Part shown: one piece after another, positions 18,496 to 28,301 of the stretch
Numbering within the stretch: the stretch's first letter is position 1
Layout of the letters: each line of letters opens with the position of its first letter
Source: a virus
Taxonomy: Duplodnaviria; Caudoviricetes
Direction: 5' to 3' (one strand)
DNA: 62,622 nucleotides
IMG/VR virus record: IMGVR_UViG_3300043395_001957
Location: 1-62,622 of that record
Notes under the pieces: generated by a model
The model's input: only the letters and a program-made list of their open reading frames with translations
What the model was told of the DNA's origin: nothing
Database searches by the model: none
Program-made: the position numbers and the translations under genes

Positions 18496-21400
18496 TTAAA
18501 CTATTATGTATAATGTATTTGGGTCTTTAGTTACTATTGCTAAATATTCAGCAGAACTCAATGAAATTATTTTTGTTACTGCTGCCGTACCTGTAAATGT
18601 ATCACCAACGTTTGTTACAACACTGCCACTTGCACTTCCAGATAAGAAGTTCATAGAGCCTGTAAATGATGAATCTCCAGCTACGTTTAAACTTCCGCTT
18701 AAGAAAGCGTTAGAGCCCGAATCAATTAATAATCCGTTTCTTCTGCTTGAAGTTGAAGTACCTGTACCTACAACGAACACAGTGTTGTTTGATAATACAT
18801 CGGTATTAAATCTACCAACGATTACAGTTCCTCTATCTGCTGCCTGTGTTGCTGCAGTTTGTAATGCTGATGAGCCTGTTACGTTTAAGCCATGTCCGAT
18901 TAAAGCAACACTATTTAAGTTTGAGTTATCTCCTAATAAGTTTGCTGATGCAGAGTGTGCTGAACCTAACATTACATTATTTGCAAATTGTCTAGGTGTA
19001 GTCAATGTAGTATTACTACCACTTGCAACTAATGAATAGTTAGAACCAACAAATAAACCATTTGCAACACTTACAAAATTACCAGCTGCAGTTGAGCCAC
19101 TATATAAGTTATTTATAGTTAAATTACCTTGTAAGTTATTACTAGCAAATCCAATAGATGAACTATCCATATTAAGGACTAGTGCTCCGCCTAAGTTATT
19201 CAGCTGAATATTAGGTGCGTTTACTAATGTAGTTTTATTTGCAACTGCTTGTATTGTTGCATTACTAAAGTTATTTGTAAAGTTTAATCCTGCTGATGCT
19301 GAAACAAAAGATGTTGCTGCTGCAGAACCAAAGTTTATATTACCACCATTTATAGTATTATGTGATATAGTATATGCTGATGAACTAACAGGTGTTCTCA
19401 TAAAGATAGTACCTGCTCCATTAATTATATTTGCGTTCATTACAGGCGATATACTCAACGAGCCAGTCAATTGTGGAACGGAGCCTGAAGTAATAAAAAT
19501 ATTATTACCACCACCAACGTATCTATTGAATGTAGCAGTTGCTGCACCTGGTGATTGGAATATGTTTGAACTACCACTAACAATAGTTGCAGTAGTTAAT
19601 GCGTTGTTTTTAAATATTAAGTTTGAATTACTTCCACTTACTGATGCGGTTACATATGCTAATGATGATGTGAATCCATCAGCAATCATCCATACGTTTC
19701 TACCATAGAATGATGCGGTTGTATTTACTTTAAATCCACCAAATGCTGATGGAGCGATTTCAACTGCACCACTTTCAGCAAGAGTTACTTTGTTATCTCT
19801 CCAATCCATTTGAATTGGTTTAGCATTATCCGATTCTCTTGTAATCAATAATACTGGCTCAAAAGGATTTGATTTAAGTGTATAGTTAGAGCCTGTTGTA
19901 GAACTTAATCCAAATGTAATAGCTGAGCCCGAATAGTTTTGTACGCCTGATGTGTTTTGGAATACAATAGGAGTAAAAAATGTAGTTAGTCCATTAATGA
20001 ATGTATTACTACCATCAAATAAGTTTGAGCCTGTTGTTGCGAATCTAGCATTTAATAATTGTTGTGATGCAGTAAATGCATTAAATGTATCTGCTTTAGC
20101 AAATGATGAAGATGGTTGGTTTTTCCATAAAGAAGAACTTGCTTCATATACCAATACATCACCTTGCTGTTCTGATACTATTCTAACGTTATGTAATTCG
20201 TTTAATTCCCATCCATTACTAACATTAACAAATATTGAACCATTGTTTGATTGTACTCTTAGTACTTCACCAAGGGTTACTATGTTTAAAGGTGCTTGTG
20301 GTGCTACGTTTGTAAATTGACCTGAAGAAGATAGGTAAATTAAATCACCTGCATTCATTCCGGCAGTATTCACACCAATTACTTTACCAATTACAGTAAT
20401 ATCAGCGTAATCACCACTAACCGCAGTGTTTGCTAATATACCTAGTGTATTAGATGAATTTGCTTCACTATCATAAGATGCGGTATTGAATCTCGGATTA
20501 TCTCCTGTTGCTCCACTAATTCTTACAACAGTACCAATAGGTAGAGTTGATTGGTTAGCGTTTATAGCTGAAACAATTACATCTCTAGCGAATGATGCGG
20601 TTGCTGCATTTTCAGCGTATGATGCACTAACTGCACTACCTGTTGCTACAGTTACACTAAATGTACTTGCATCTCCTTTTGTAAATGTGATTGTTGCGTT
20701 ATTAGCAGATGCAGTTACTATTGTTGATGCGGTAATAGAAGAACTAACAAATCCTAAATTAGTTATTTGCTGTGAACCTGAAATAGTTCCTGCTGGCAAT
20801 ATAGAGCCTGTGATATCAGGTATATTTACTGCGAATGTAGAGTTATCACCTTTTGTGAATGTAAGGTTACGAGTTCCATTATTAAATGATGCAGTTATCA
20901 ATGATGATGCAGTAATTGCTGCAGTTACCCAACTTCCACTTTGTGCTTCAATTGAGTTTAATCTTTGATTTGCTGATTGTGTGAATGCGTTAGTACCTGC
21001 TATCGAAGCAGTAAACGATTCTATTGAATCTACTCTACCATCTATTGATTGTGTGAATGCGTTAAATTCAGTTTGTGATGCAAAGTTTGTATCTAATGAA
21101 GTACTGAATGCTTCTAATGCATCTACTCTACTATCAAATGATGCACTAGCATTTATGTATGATTGTGTAAATGCGTTGAAAGAAGAAGTATTTAATTTTG
21201 TATCAATACTATTTTGCAATGCCCCTGTTGCTGCTGCTAATTCAGTTTGAGTTACATATGTTACATCTAATGATGCAGTAAATGATTCTAATGAATTCAA
21301 TCTTTGATTTTGTGCATTATCTACCGCTGCTACTGAAGCAGAGTTTGCGTATGATGATGTTGCTGCTTCTAAAGCATCTAAACGAGCATCTGCTGATGCA

Positions 21401-21630
21401 CTAAATAACTCTAAGTTATTAATTGCTTCTGCTGATGCAGATGGGTCTAATTCAAGTATTCTCTGATTAAACGAAGCACTATCAGCATTATATGATATCT
21501 CATCAACTAATGAGTCTATCATATCTGTATTGAATCCCCTTAATCGTGATGGAGTAATCTGTCCATTATTATTATTAGGAAATTGCGTATTGTTTTCTAC
21601 CTTTAAGGCCTGTTTTGAAATTTCTGCCAT
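18496..21630 (-). CDS. Long fibre/spike protein (probably head-associated)
   Basis: 1044 aa; N-terminal FPNNNNGQITP.RLR, coiled coil, Ser/Gly/Asn beta-rich body, C-terminal AEY.A..TKDPNTLYII. Confidence 0.65.
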   Translation of the reverse strand: MAEISKQALKVENNTQFPNNNNGQITPSRLRGFNTDMIDSLVDEISYNADSASFNQRILELDPSASAEAINNLELFSASADARLDALEAATSSYANSASVAAVDNAQNQRLNSLESFTASLDVTYVTQTELAAATGALQNSIDTKLNTSSFNAFTQSYINASASFDSRVDALEAFSTSLDTNFASQTEFNAFTQSIDGRVDSIESFTASIAGTNAFTQSANQRLNSIEAQSGSWVTAAITASSLITASFNNGTRNLTFTKGDNSTFAVNIPDITGSILPAGTISGSQQITNLGFVSSSITASTIVTASANNATITFTKGDASTFSVTVATGSAVSASYAENAATASFARDVIVSAINANQSTLPIGTVVRISGATGDNPRFNTASYDSEANSSNTLGILANTAVSGDYADITVIGKVIGVNTAGMNAGDLIYLSSSGQFTNVAPQAPLNIVTLGEVLRVQSNNGSIFVNVSNGWELNELHNVRIVSEQQGDVLVYEASSSLWKNQPSSSFAKADTFNAFTASQQLLNARFATTGSNLFDGSNTFINGLTTFFTPIVFQNTSGVQNYSGSAITFGLSSTTGSNYTLKSNPFEPVLLITRESDNAKPIQMDWRDNKVTLAESGAVEIAPSAFGGFKVNTTASFYGRNVWMIADGFTSSLAYVTASVSGSNSNLIFKNNALTTATIVSGSSNIFQSPGAATATFNRYVGGGNNIFITSGSVPQLTGSLSISPVMNANIINGAGTIFMRTPVSSSAYTISHNTINGGNINFGSAAATSFVSASAGLNFTNNFSNATIQAVANKTTLVNAPNIQLNNLGGALVLNMDSSSIGFASNNLQGNLTINNLYSGSTAAGNFVSVANGLFVGSNYSLVASGSNTTLTTPRQFANNVMLGSAHSASANLLGDNSNLNSVALIGHGLNVTGSSALQTAATQAADRGTVIVGRFNTDVLSNNTVFVVGTGTSTSSRRNGLLIDSGSNAFLSGSLNVAGDSSFTGSMNFLSGSASGSVVTNVGDTFTGTAAVTKIISLSSAEYLAIVTKDPNTLYIIV

Positions 21631-21644
21631 GTTATATTTTTATT

Positions 21645-21917
21645 TTAATCTAAAACGATATCAAATCCATCAGAGTAACCATCACTAAATGCACCACCTT
21701 TAGTTCTGTTTGGTGATTCTATTTGTCCAATACCCTGTTGCATTAATGCACCTTGACAACATCTAACATCATACGTGTCAGAATCTAAACACAAACACGC
21801 TCTTCTGCTATTCTTAGGAGAAGATAAACCACGTGTTGGCCCGATATAGTAGCCAGAGTTATTCTCCCTGTTTACTGAATATCTTAAAGCACCATTTCTA
21901 CTATTTGACCAAGGCAT
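21645..21917 (-). CDS. Small Cys-rich conserved protein (possible fibre anchor)
   Basis: SPKNSRRACLC..TY..CC.G.L..QGIG plus FSDGYSDGF; homolog 55113-55385. Confidence 0.65.
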   Translation of the reverse strand: MPWSNSRNGALRYSVNRENNSGYYIGPTRGLSSPKNSRRACLCLDSDTYDVRCCQGALMQQGIGQIESPNRTKGGAFSDGYSDGFDIVLD

Positions 21918-21969
21918 AATAAATTCTTTATAGACTTAACAATGTTTAGATTAAAAATGGTAGAAGTAT

Positions 21970-22241
21970 TTAACCGCTTATCTTTTTCATTGCTTCTTTG
22001 TGTAATAAAGTTTCTAACTGAGCTTTATCAGATTTATACGCTAGATACAATAAACACTTCTCAAGCGGTTCTTTTACTACTTCATCGATTTCCTTAATCT
22101 TTCCATCGGCGAGTTGAATGATAGTTGAATAAGCTCTCCACTTCTTTGAAAAATTGACCTCATGTTGTGAGGAAGCTCCACTTCCTTCAAAGAGTTCAGC
22201 ATATCTTTCAGTAAGTCCGTTTGTAAATGAACAAAAAAAAA
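21970..22241 (-). CDS. Tail assembly chaperone, -1 frameshift extension
   Basis: -1 frame open from the T9 slippery run to 21970; conserved in unit B. Confidence 0.7.
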
Positions 22242-22736
22242 CAGCGCTCCCCAATGAACTTCCATATTAACACCTAACCATTTAGTTTCCTCTATATCTC
22301 CATCATATGGACGGATGGAATACATCTTACCTTTCTTATTTGTAACTGGTCTATATAATATGGACATTATCTTTGCCCAATTCTTATCGATTTGTATAGT
22401 ATCGTATTGAGTAATATCAGCATAAGCACCATAAGCCATCTTACTTAAATTAGGTTCGAATCCATATTCAGTTCCATCTATTGTAACAAATGGTTGTAAT
22501 TCAATAGTTTCAGGTGATATAAATTCAGCTAATCTGCTTTTTAACTTTAAGTATGATTCAGATGATAACCCCTTTATATATTCAGGTTCTAGTCCGCATA
22601 GGTGATGTAACATTAATGCAACTTGTGCTTCTTCCTCATCTCTATATGCTTCTAAATCTGCTTGCAATGCAAGATATTGTTTAAGAGTTACATCTTTCCA
22701 CGTTGTTGGTATCTCTAATGTTAATGTTTGTTTCAT
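22077..22736 (-). CDS. Tail assembly chaperone (0-frame product)
   Basis: IPTTWKDVTLKQY, YGFEPNL, MSILYRP, GALFFF. Confidence 0.7.
   Translation of the reverse strand: MKQTLTLEIPTTWKDVTLKQYLALQADLEAYRDEEEAQVALMLHHLCGLEPEYIKGLSSESYLKLKSRLAEFISPETIELQPFVTIDGTEYGFEPNLSKMAYGAYADITQYDTIQIDKNWAKIMSILYRPVTNKKGKMYSIRPYDGDIEETKWLGVNMEVHWGALFFFVHLQTDLLKDMLNSLKEVELPHNMRSIFQRSGELIQLSFNSPMERLRKSMK
22233..22241 (-). other. Programmed -1 frameshift slippery site (T9)
   Basis: GCG CTG TTT TTT TTT G; same run at 55700-55708. Confidence 0.7.
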
Positions 22737-22906
22737 GCTGTGTATGTATTTAATATTTGTTTTAATTGTTTGTTTTTAGCCATTTCGTTTTTCAGCATTG
22801 CATCCATAGCAATGATTTTGGCTTTCAACTCTTCGTTTTGTTGTTGAGTTTGTGCTACATATAATAGTAGTTCTCTTATTTCTTCTGATGTGTATATTTG
22901 ACTCAT
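22733..22906 (-). CDS. 57 aa coiled-coil protein (below ORF-track cutoff)
   Basis: MSQIYTSEEIRELLLYVAQTQQQNEELKAKIIAMDAMLKNEM..; ATGA overlaps on both sides; homolog 56200-56373. Confidence 0.75.
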   Translation of the reverse strand: MSQIYTSEEIRELLLYVAQTQQQNEELKAKIIAMDAMLKNEMAKNKQLKQILNTYTA

Positions 22907-24057
22907 CGTATTGATATTGAATATTGTCCTTTGTTAACTGCTTTTTGTGATAGTTTCATCATACAACAATATCGTGCTGCATCGATTAAGTGGTCTAAGC
23001 CCCCTTCTGGTGTATCCGTAACATAACCATATTTGTCAGTTGCATATTGATATGAGTATAATTCATTGATTAGGTTTTGGGATTTATTATGCACAAATAT
23101 CTTATAGTTGTTCATTACATTAATACCAAACTTAATACTATCCTTTCCTTTTGTTACAGGCTTTATATTAAAACCCATACGATATAATTCCTCAATTAGC
23201 CTTGGTTCTGCTGAATCAGCCCATATCTCTTCACTCTTTGTAATATCTAACTTCCTTAACCTATCAGCAATATCAGATGTTACTAATCCCTTTTCGTATA
23301 AATGCTCTTCTAAATAGATTCTATCGCCTGTCCTATATACTGCTACTAATGCAGTTGGGTCATTACTAAAACCAAAGTCTATTCCGAATCCAACGAAATC
23401 AGATTCAAAATGTCCGCATGTTTCAAATTGGAATATGGCTTTATCATTGGGTGCGTATTCACCTTTACCATATATCAACCATTTCTTTTGGTTTGTGTGT
23501 TGTAAATCTTCAATTGCTTTGACTACTGATTCTTCTAAGAATGGGTTATCCTTATATGTTGTTACAAATCTTTCGCAATCCTTCATTTGTCTTACCCAAT
23601 GATATGGTGATACCGTTGGATTCAATGCCATTATAATTTGACCTGTTGTTCTAATCATTAATTGGAATGCTGATTCTTCATCTATTTCAGAACACTCTTC
23701 TAAGAATAGTATAGATGATTTAATACCTCTAAGCTTTTCAGCATCATCAGTAGATACAAACTGAATGATTGAATCACCATATCGCCATATTCTGTCCGTT
23801 ATGTTGAAATCATCTTCTCTAAAGATATTCAGGCTTTTAAGTATATCGCTGAAATCCTTCATTACAGTCCTTTTAAGCGATGGAATTGTTTTCCTTACTA
23901 TTGTTATGGTCTGCGTACTTTCAATCGCTTTAACGATAAGATATTGAAGAATAGCGTATGTCTTACCGCTACGTGTTCCACCAATGTGTTGAGTGACACG
24001 ATGTTTACTTTCTAATAGATTCTCAAATGTTACAGTAGTATTAATCTTTACTTCCAC
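22903..24057 (-). CDS. terL: Terminase large subunit (PBSX-type)
   Basis: Walker A GGTRSGKT, LFLEE, GIDFGFSNDP, DHLIDAARY. Confidence 0.92.
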   Translation of the reverse strand: MEVKINTTVTFENLLESKHRVTQHIGGTRSGKTYAILQYLIVKAIESTQTITIVRKTIPSLKRTVMKDFSDILKSLNIFREDDFNITDRIWRYGDSIIQFVSTDDAEKLRGIKSSILFLEECSEIDEESAFQLMIRTTGQIIMALNPTVSPYHWVRQMKDCERFVTTYKDNPFLEESVVKAIEDLQHTNQKKWLIYGKGEYAPNDKAIFQFETCGHFESDFVGFGIDFGFSNDPTALVAVYRTGDRIYLEEHLYEKGLVTSDIADRLRKLDITKSEEIWADSAEPRLIEELYRMGFNIKPVTKGKDSIKFGINVMNNYKIFVHNKSQNLINELYSYQYATDKYGYVTDTPEGGLDHLIDAARYCCMMKLSQKAVNKGQYSISIR

Positions 24058-24334
24058 TCTTCGTAATGTTTACTGATATAGATTGTATCCTTTGGTCAAT
24101 CTCTGCTCTCATCTCTGTTCTACTCAACTTAGGTAAAGTAAATTCCATTAACTTCAGTGCTAATTCGATTGCACGTTCCGGGTCGTCTTTTCTGATTTTC
24201 TCTAAGTCTGCTGATAGTGTGTTCAATGTATTATCTACTGCTCTTGCAATTGTCAGCTTCATCATTTCAGTTGAACGATTGATTGCGCCTTTTGGTCTGC
24301 CAGTTGCCAGTTTATGTCCTTTTTGAAATCCCAT
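24041..24334 (-). CDS. terS: Terminase small subunit
   Basis: FQKGHKLATGRPKGA.N motif; overlaps the terL start. Confidence 0.7.
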   Translation of the reverse strand: MGFQKGHKLATGRPKGAINRSTEMMKLTIARAVDNTLNTLSADLEKIRKDDPERAIELALKLMEFTLPKLSRTEMRAEIDQRIQSISVNITKSGSKD

Positions 24335-24414
24335 ATTAAATCCTATTATTTAAATATCATAACAGTTTAACATCTACCTATTGGGTTTGTAGTTGATGGA
24401 TATATATGTATATA

Positions 24415-24549
24415 TTATTCAAAGAGCCCTTTCCAAACTGTCAATAGCATATCCATAGCCATTGCTAATATACTAAATCCAAATAGTAATCCTATATACG
24501 CTAATATTAATTCCCATAGTGGGTCTCTTTCCTTTTTATTATCTTTCAT
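24415..24549 (-). CDS. Small single-pass membrane protein
   Basis: MKDNKKERDPLWELILAYIGLLFGFSILAMAMDMLLTVWKGLFE; syntenic homolog ~57900-58007. Confidence 0.55.
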   Translation of the reverse strand: MKDNKKERDPLWELILAYIGLLFGFSILAMAMDMLLTVWKGLFE

Positions 24550-24687
24550 CCCTTTCTACTCTTTCTAATAACCAAAATCCACATATGTTATCATCTTCGT
24601 CTACTACGACTATGTGATGGTTATGTGTATATGGTATTGTGTTCATATAAATCCTTTTATCTTTTACCCACATCCAGTCCATTTGTA

Positions 24688-25296
24688 TTACTGGTATTTG
24701 CTGAACCATAATCTTTTATCTTCTTCCTTTATTGGATTGAATTCTGCTCTTCCGCTTGTTTGTTCGGATTCTCCACTCATTTTCCAATGCGTTATTTCAT
24801 AGTTCTGCTTTCCGCTTTTGTTGAACAACCAATCATCTCCGTAATGTACTTTTAAATCTTCAGGTATTTCTACATAAGAGTTTTTATGGATAGCAAATAC
24901 ACAACCATAACAATTAGGTCTATTCTTAATCGGTGCTACTCCACCACTACGATGTGGTCCTTGCCAACAGGTCACACCTGCTCCTATCATTCCTCTATCT
25001 TCCGTAATGTATTCTTCTAACTTATCTACAAAACTCCAATCGGTTTCCACATCATCGTTTACAAAAAGAAGTTTGTCGAACTTTGCTAATCGGTATCCTT
25101 TGTTCCATGCAGGGTTTACATAGGTGTTCTTACCTTCTCTTATGTGTACTACCTTTTTGAAATCTTCTAAATGTATTTCATCTGGTGTGTTATCTATTAC
25201 GATTATCTCTCCTACGGATTTGATTTCGTTTAGTGCTCTTATTGTTTCTATCCCTTCTCTTCCTTGCCACATTGTGGGCATTATTACTGATATCAT
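24688..25296 (-). CDS. GT2-like glycosyltransferase (unit A only)
   Basis: ISVIMPT, EIIVIDN, NPAWNKG, LFVNDD, YGDDW. Confidence 0.8.
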   Translation of the reverse strand: MISVIMPTMWQGREGIETIRALNEIKSVGEIIVIDNTPDEIHLEDFKKVVHIREGKNTYVNPAWNKGYRLAKFDKLLFVNDDVETDWSFVDKLEEYITEDRGMIGAGVTCWQGPHRSGGVAPIKNRPNCYGCVFAIHKNSYVEIPEDLKVHYGDDWLFNKSGKQNYEITHWKMSGESEQTSGRAEFNPIKEEDKRLWFSKYQ

Positions 25297-25297
25297 A

Positions 25298-25843
25298 TTA
25301 GTCGATTTTAGATTTGCTTCTTATTCCCCAAAAGTAAAGGTCATCAGGGTTTCTATTTTCTTTAAATTCGTATTCACTAAACCATATATCCAATGGAAAG
25401 TGTTCGAAATCTTCTCTATTTAAATTTTTATAATAATCGTTTTCGATTTGTGATGTGAATGGTGAATCTTGCGGTGATGTTCTTCTCGTTCCATGCTCTG
25501 GTCTATTTGCTGATGCACAACTGAATACTACCATACCGCCTTCCTTTGTTAATCTTACCATATTTGCGAATGTCAAAACCCAATACTCATCGTGCTCAAA
25601 ACATTCTGATGAAATGGTTACATCGAATAGTTTGTTTGATTTGAATTCGTGTCCTCTACTTACTACATCTACATTTGGTCCATTACCAATATCAATGCCA
25701 GTATATTCCGCATTGGTAAAAAGATATCTATTGTTTCCATTGATGTCCAAAGAGCCTACATCTAATACTCTTACACCACTAAATTTGTGTGGGAATCTAT
25801 CCCTTACGCTTTGCATAAATGCTTGTTGTTGCGAATGCGCCAT
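25298..25843 (-). CDS. Class I SAM-dependent methyltransferase (unit A only)
   Basis: VLDVGSLDING, YTGID, FDVTISSECFEHD. Confidence 0.85.
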   Translation of the reverse strand: MAHSQQQAFMQSVRDRFPHKFSGVRVLDVGSLDINGNNRYLFTNAEYTGIDIGNGPNVDVVSRGHEFKSNKLFDVTISSECFEHDEYWVLTFANMVRLTKEGGMVVFSCASANRPEHGTRRTSPQDSPFTSQIENDYYKNLNREDFEHFPLDIWFSEYEFKENRNPDDLYFWGIRSKSKID

Positions 25844-25854
25844 AATTGTTTGTT

Positions 25855-26271
25855 TTATTCTTCGTAATAGTTTCTTGTATCAGGATAATCCAATTTTATC
25901 TTTGTTTCTCTTTTATTCTTTGGTTTATCATCGTTGTGAGCAAATATCCAATGACATAACTCATCATTTTTGAATACTTCTTCTAATCTTTCTTTCATCA
26001 ATGCTCTCCATTCATCTCTAGTCTTACATTTAAATGTTTTACTAGCCATTGCTTTGAATAGTGGACCTGTTAAGGTATATCCATCTCTTAACGGATAAGG
26101 CCTTCTGCCTGTTGTGCCTGGTCTTCTACCATTTTTCAGTGCTCTTATCTTATTGTATTCATTAGCTGCTTTATTTCTACACTGCTTACATATTTTTGTT
26201 GTATGTTTGTGTTTCTGCTCAATCTCTTTTGTTTCACCGCAGTGAATACAAGTTAGGATTTCTATTCTCAT
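25855..26271 (-). CDS. Zn-finger hypothetical protein
   Basis: CxxC...CxxC, DYPDTR; homolog 58286-58762. Confidence 0.65.
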   Translation of the reverse strand: MRIEILTCIHCGETKEIEQKHKHTTKICKQCRNKAANEYNKIRALKNGRRPGTTGRRPYPLRDGYTLTGPLFKAMASKTFKCKTRDEWRALMKERLEEVFKNDELCHWIFAHNDDKPKNKRETKIKLDYPDTRNYYEE

Positions 26272-26280
26272 TATAACTGA

Positions 26281-26835
26281 TTAATCTATAAATGGATTGT
26301 TTATTATCTTCTTTAAGTGTGCTCTTATTTTTTTAATGTTTATGAATACAGTCGATTTACTTATTCCTATCTTATCTGCTACTTCTTGCAGAGTATCATC
26401 TGAAGTCCAATAGATTTCGTATATCATAGCAGGTGCGAAATGTTTTGTTTTCTTTAACCTTTCTATTTCACTCATCACTGCTTCATGTGCTTTCATTATA
26501 GCCACATCTCTTTCAACATCATATTCTTCAACAGGTCCATCAGCTGTAATCTCTTCCTGATATTGTAATCGGTTTAACTTCTTTGTTTTATTTATCCATC
26601 TGTGTTTCAAAAACGCCATACAATACATTAGATTATATGAGTTCAAATAGAATAACTTAGTGTTCTTTTTTCTATGTAGATATTCATAAAGTTCGCCTAC
26701 TAAATCTTCAGCTTCCTCTCTATTCTTTGTAATATTGTAACTAACTTGCGATAGCCACGTATGAGATTCTTTGAAAAGGATTTCTAATCTTCTATTACAT
26801 TCCAATGCCACACTGCTAGTCACTTCGTTACTCAT
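26281..26835 (-). CDS. ECF-like sigma-70 factor (late transcription)
   Basis: Region 2-like EAEDLVGELY; region 4 HTH TLQEVADKIGISKSTV. Confidence 0.8.
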   Translation of the reverse strand: MSNEVTSSVALECNRRLEILFKESHTWLSQVSYNITKNREEAEDLVGELYEYLHRKKNTKLFYLNSYNLMYCMAFLKHRWINKTKKLNRLQYQEEITADGPVEEYDVERDVAIMKAHEAVMSEIERLKKTKHFAPAMIYEIYWTSDDTLQEVADKIGISKSTVFINIKKIRAHLKKIINNPFID

Positions 26836-27099
26836 TTATAATAATGATTCTTTTGATGTGATAAATCCTCTTATTCCATCTGCTGCTCTTCTCCAATGTC
26901 CTGCAGCTGAGCCACAACTGCAAGGTTGAGGTTCTCTAGTTCCACTTATCTTTAGATAATTACTCCATACCCAACTCATCTTATCGTGAGGAATGTGAGT
27001 TGTAATATTCATCATTGTATTTCTTAAATCAATGAATTCAGACTCACTATATGGATAAAACCTATCAGTTGGTGGTAATGTAGTTGCTGTTGTTTCCAT
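26836..27099 (-). CDS. Conserved hypothetical protein (QPCSCGS motif)
   Basis: Homolog 59306-59575. Confidence 0.7.
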   Translation of the reverse strand: METTATTLPPTDRFYPYSESEFIDLRNTMMNITTHIPHDKMSWVWSNYLKISGTREPQPCSCGSAAGHWRRAADGIRGFITSKESLL

Positions 27100-27362
27100 T
27101 ACTTATCTACTCTTTTTAATTTAGGTAATTTAATTTCTGCTTGCTTTGGTTGTTGTGGCATATTAATTGGAATAGGATTATCCAATGCTAAGAATTGTTT
27201 GATGTTCTGAAACTGCGGATGTTTGGGTGAGAAACTAAACCCTACTGATGCTAAGATTAACACCAGGTCATTTACTGATGTGATTTTTGTAAAATCAATG
27301 AGATATACACTATTCTCATCGATGTTTTCTGTTCCGTCTAAATTTCCTTTTACTAATTCCAT
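27099..27362 (-). CDS. Conserved hypothetical protein
   Basis: Homolog 59565-59843. Confidence 0.7.
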   Translation of the reverse strand: MELVKGNLDGTENIDENSVYLIDFTKITSVNDLVLILASVGFSFSPKHPQFQNIKQFLALDNPIPINMPQQPKQAEIKLPKLKRVDK

Positions 27363-27379
27363 TTGTTTTGTTTTTATGT

Positions 27380-27574
27380 TTATAACTTAATTGCATTACA
27401 TTCCCCATCATATTGTGGGTTAGTTAATCGATTTAACCACTGCTTCCTTTCGCAGCACCCGCATGAGTTCTTTCCGAATAGTTTAGCAATTGCTAATGCA
27501 ATATGCTCACCCATTCCAAAAGTAACAACATATATAAGCGCTTCTACCCAATCACCTATTTTAATTCTTTTCAT
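27380..27574 (-). CDS. Small CGCxxR-motif protein
   Basis: CGCCERKQWLN; homolog 59853-60065. Confidence 0.65.
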   Translation of the reverse strand: MKRIKIGDWVEALIYVVTFGMGEHIALAIAKLFGKNSCGCCERKQWLNRLTNPQYDGECNAIKL

Positions 27575-27575
27575 A

Positions 27576-27722
27576 TTATCTTTTTTTATCTTTTAATGCC
27601 TGACGAACTAATGCCTGAATAAAACCTTTTATTTGGAATCCGTGTCTTTGGCAATATTCTTTTAAATAACGATGCAGTTCTTCATCTAATTGAACCATCT
27701 TATATTGTTTCTTTTCTTTCAT
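27576..27722 (-). CDS. Ribbon-helix-helix-like regulator (48 aa, below ORF-track cutoff)
   Basis: MKEKKQYKMVQLDEELHRYLKEYCQRHGFQIKGFIQALVRQAL; homolog 60426-60617. Confidence 0.7.
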   Translation of the reverse strand: MKEKKQYKMVQLDEELHRYLKEYCQRHGFQIKGFIQALVRQALKDKKR

Positions 27723-27723
27723 A

Positions 27724-28248
27724 TTATTTTAATCTTTTATTCAAACTCATTCCTAACTGATGGAAGTGGTTAATCATTGTGTATTCAATATTTCTAAGTG
27801 TTTCCTTATCAGTACCAGCCATGTCCAATATAACCCACTTATGTTTATCATAACCATAAACATCAAATGAATGATGTAAGTATGGCATTACTCCATTGTT
27901 TAGTTTATATTCTTTCTTATGTGCATTTCTTCTATAACTGAAAAGAGTTTGGGTGCTCCCCACATATACACGTTGCTCTGGGTTGATTATCAAATACACT
28001 GCTGATTTACTATCATCTGCACATACATTCTCTTTAGCCCATTGATTACAATATGCTGACCACTTCTTATGATTCTTTCTTTGCCAATCAATTTGGTAAG
28101 TAGGCTTTGTTTGTCTAAAATTTTTATTGTTTTCTTTTACACAACTTTTGCAGTTTGTTTGCAATAAATCAGGAGATGCTGCTCTTTTGTGAAATTGTGT
28201 TAGTGGTTGATGCTTACCACACTTTGAACATTGTTTTGTTGTTGCCAT
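27724..28248 (-). CDS. GIY-YIG-like endonuclease with N-terminal Zn finger (unit A only)
   Basis: CSKC..CKSC; AVYLIIN...VYVGST..RR..H. Confidence 0.7.
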   Translation of the reverse strand: MATTKQCSKCGKHQPLTQFHKRAASPDLLQTNCKSCVKENNKNFRQTKPTYQIDWQRKNHKKWSAYCNQWAKENVCADDSKSAVYLIINPEQRVYVGSTQTLFSYRRNAHKKEYKLNNGVMPYLHHSFDVYGYDKHKWVILDMAGTDKETLRNIEYTMINHFHQLGMSLNKRLK

Positions 28249-28301
28249 TTTGTTTACTTTTATATACAGATATATATAAATAAATTTTTGAAAGCGCTGT
28301 T

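Noticed and set aside
24540-24650. 35 aa minus-strand ORF MNTIPYTHNHH..
   Set aside because: Plausible by spacing but has no homolog in unit B and no motif support
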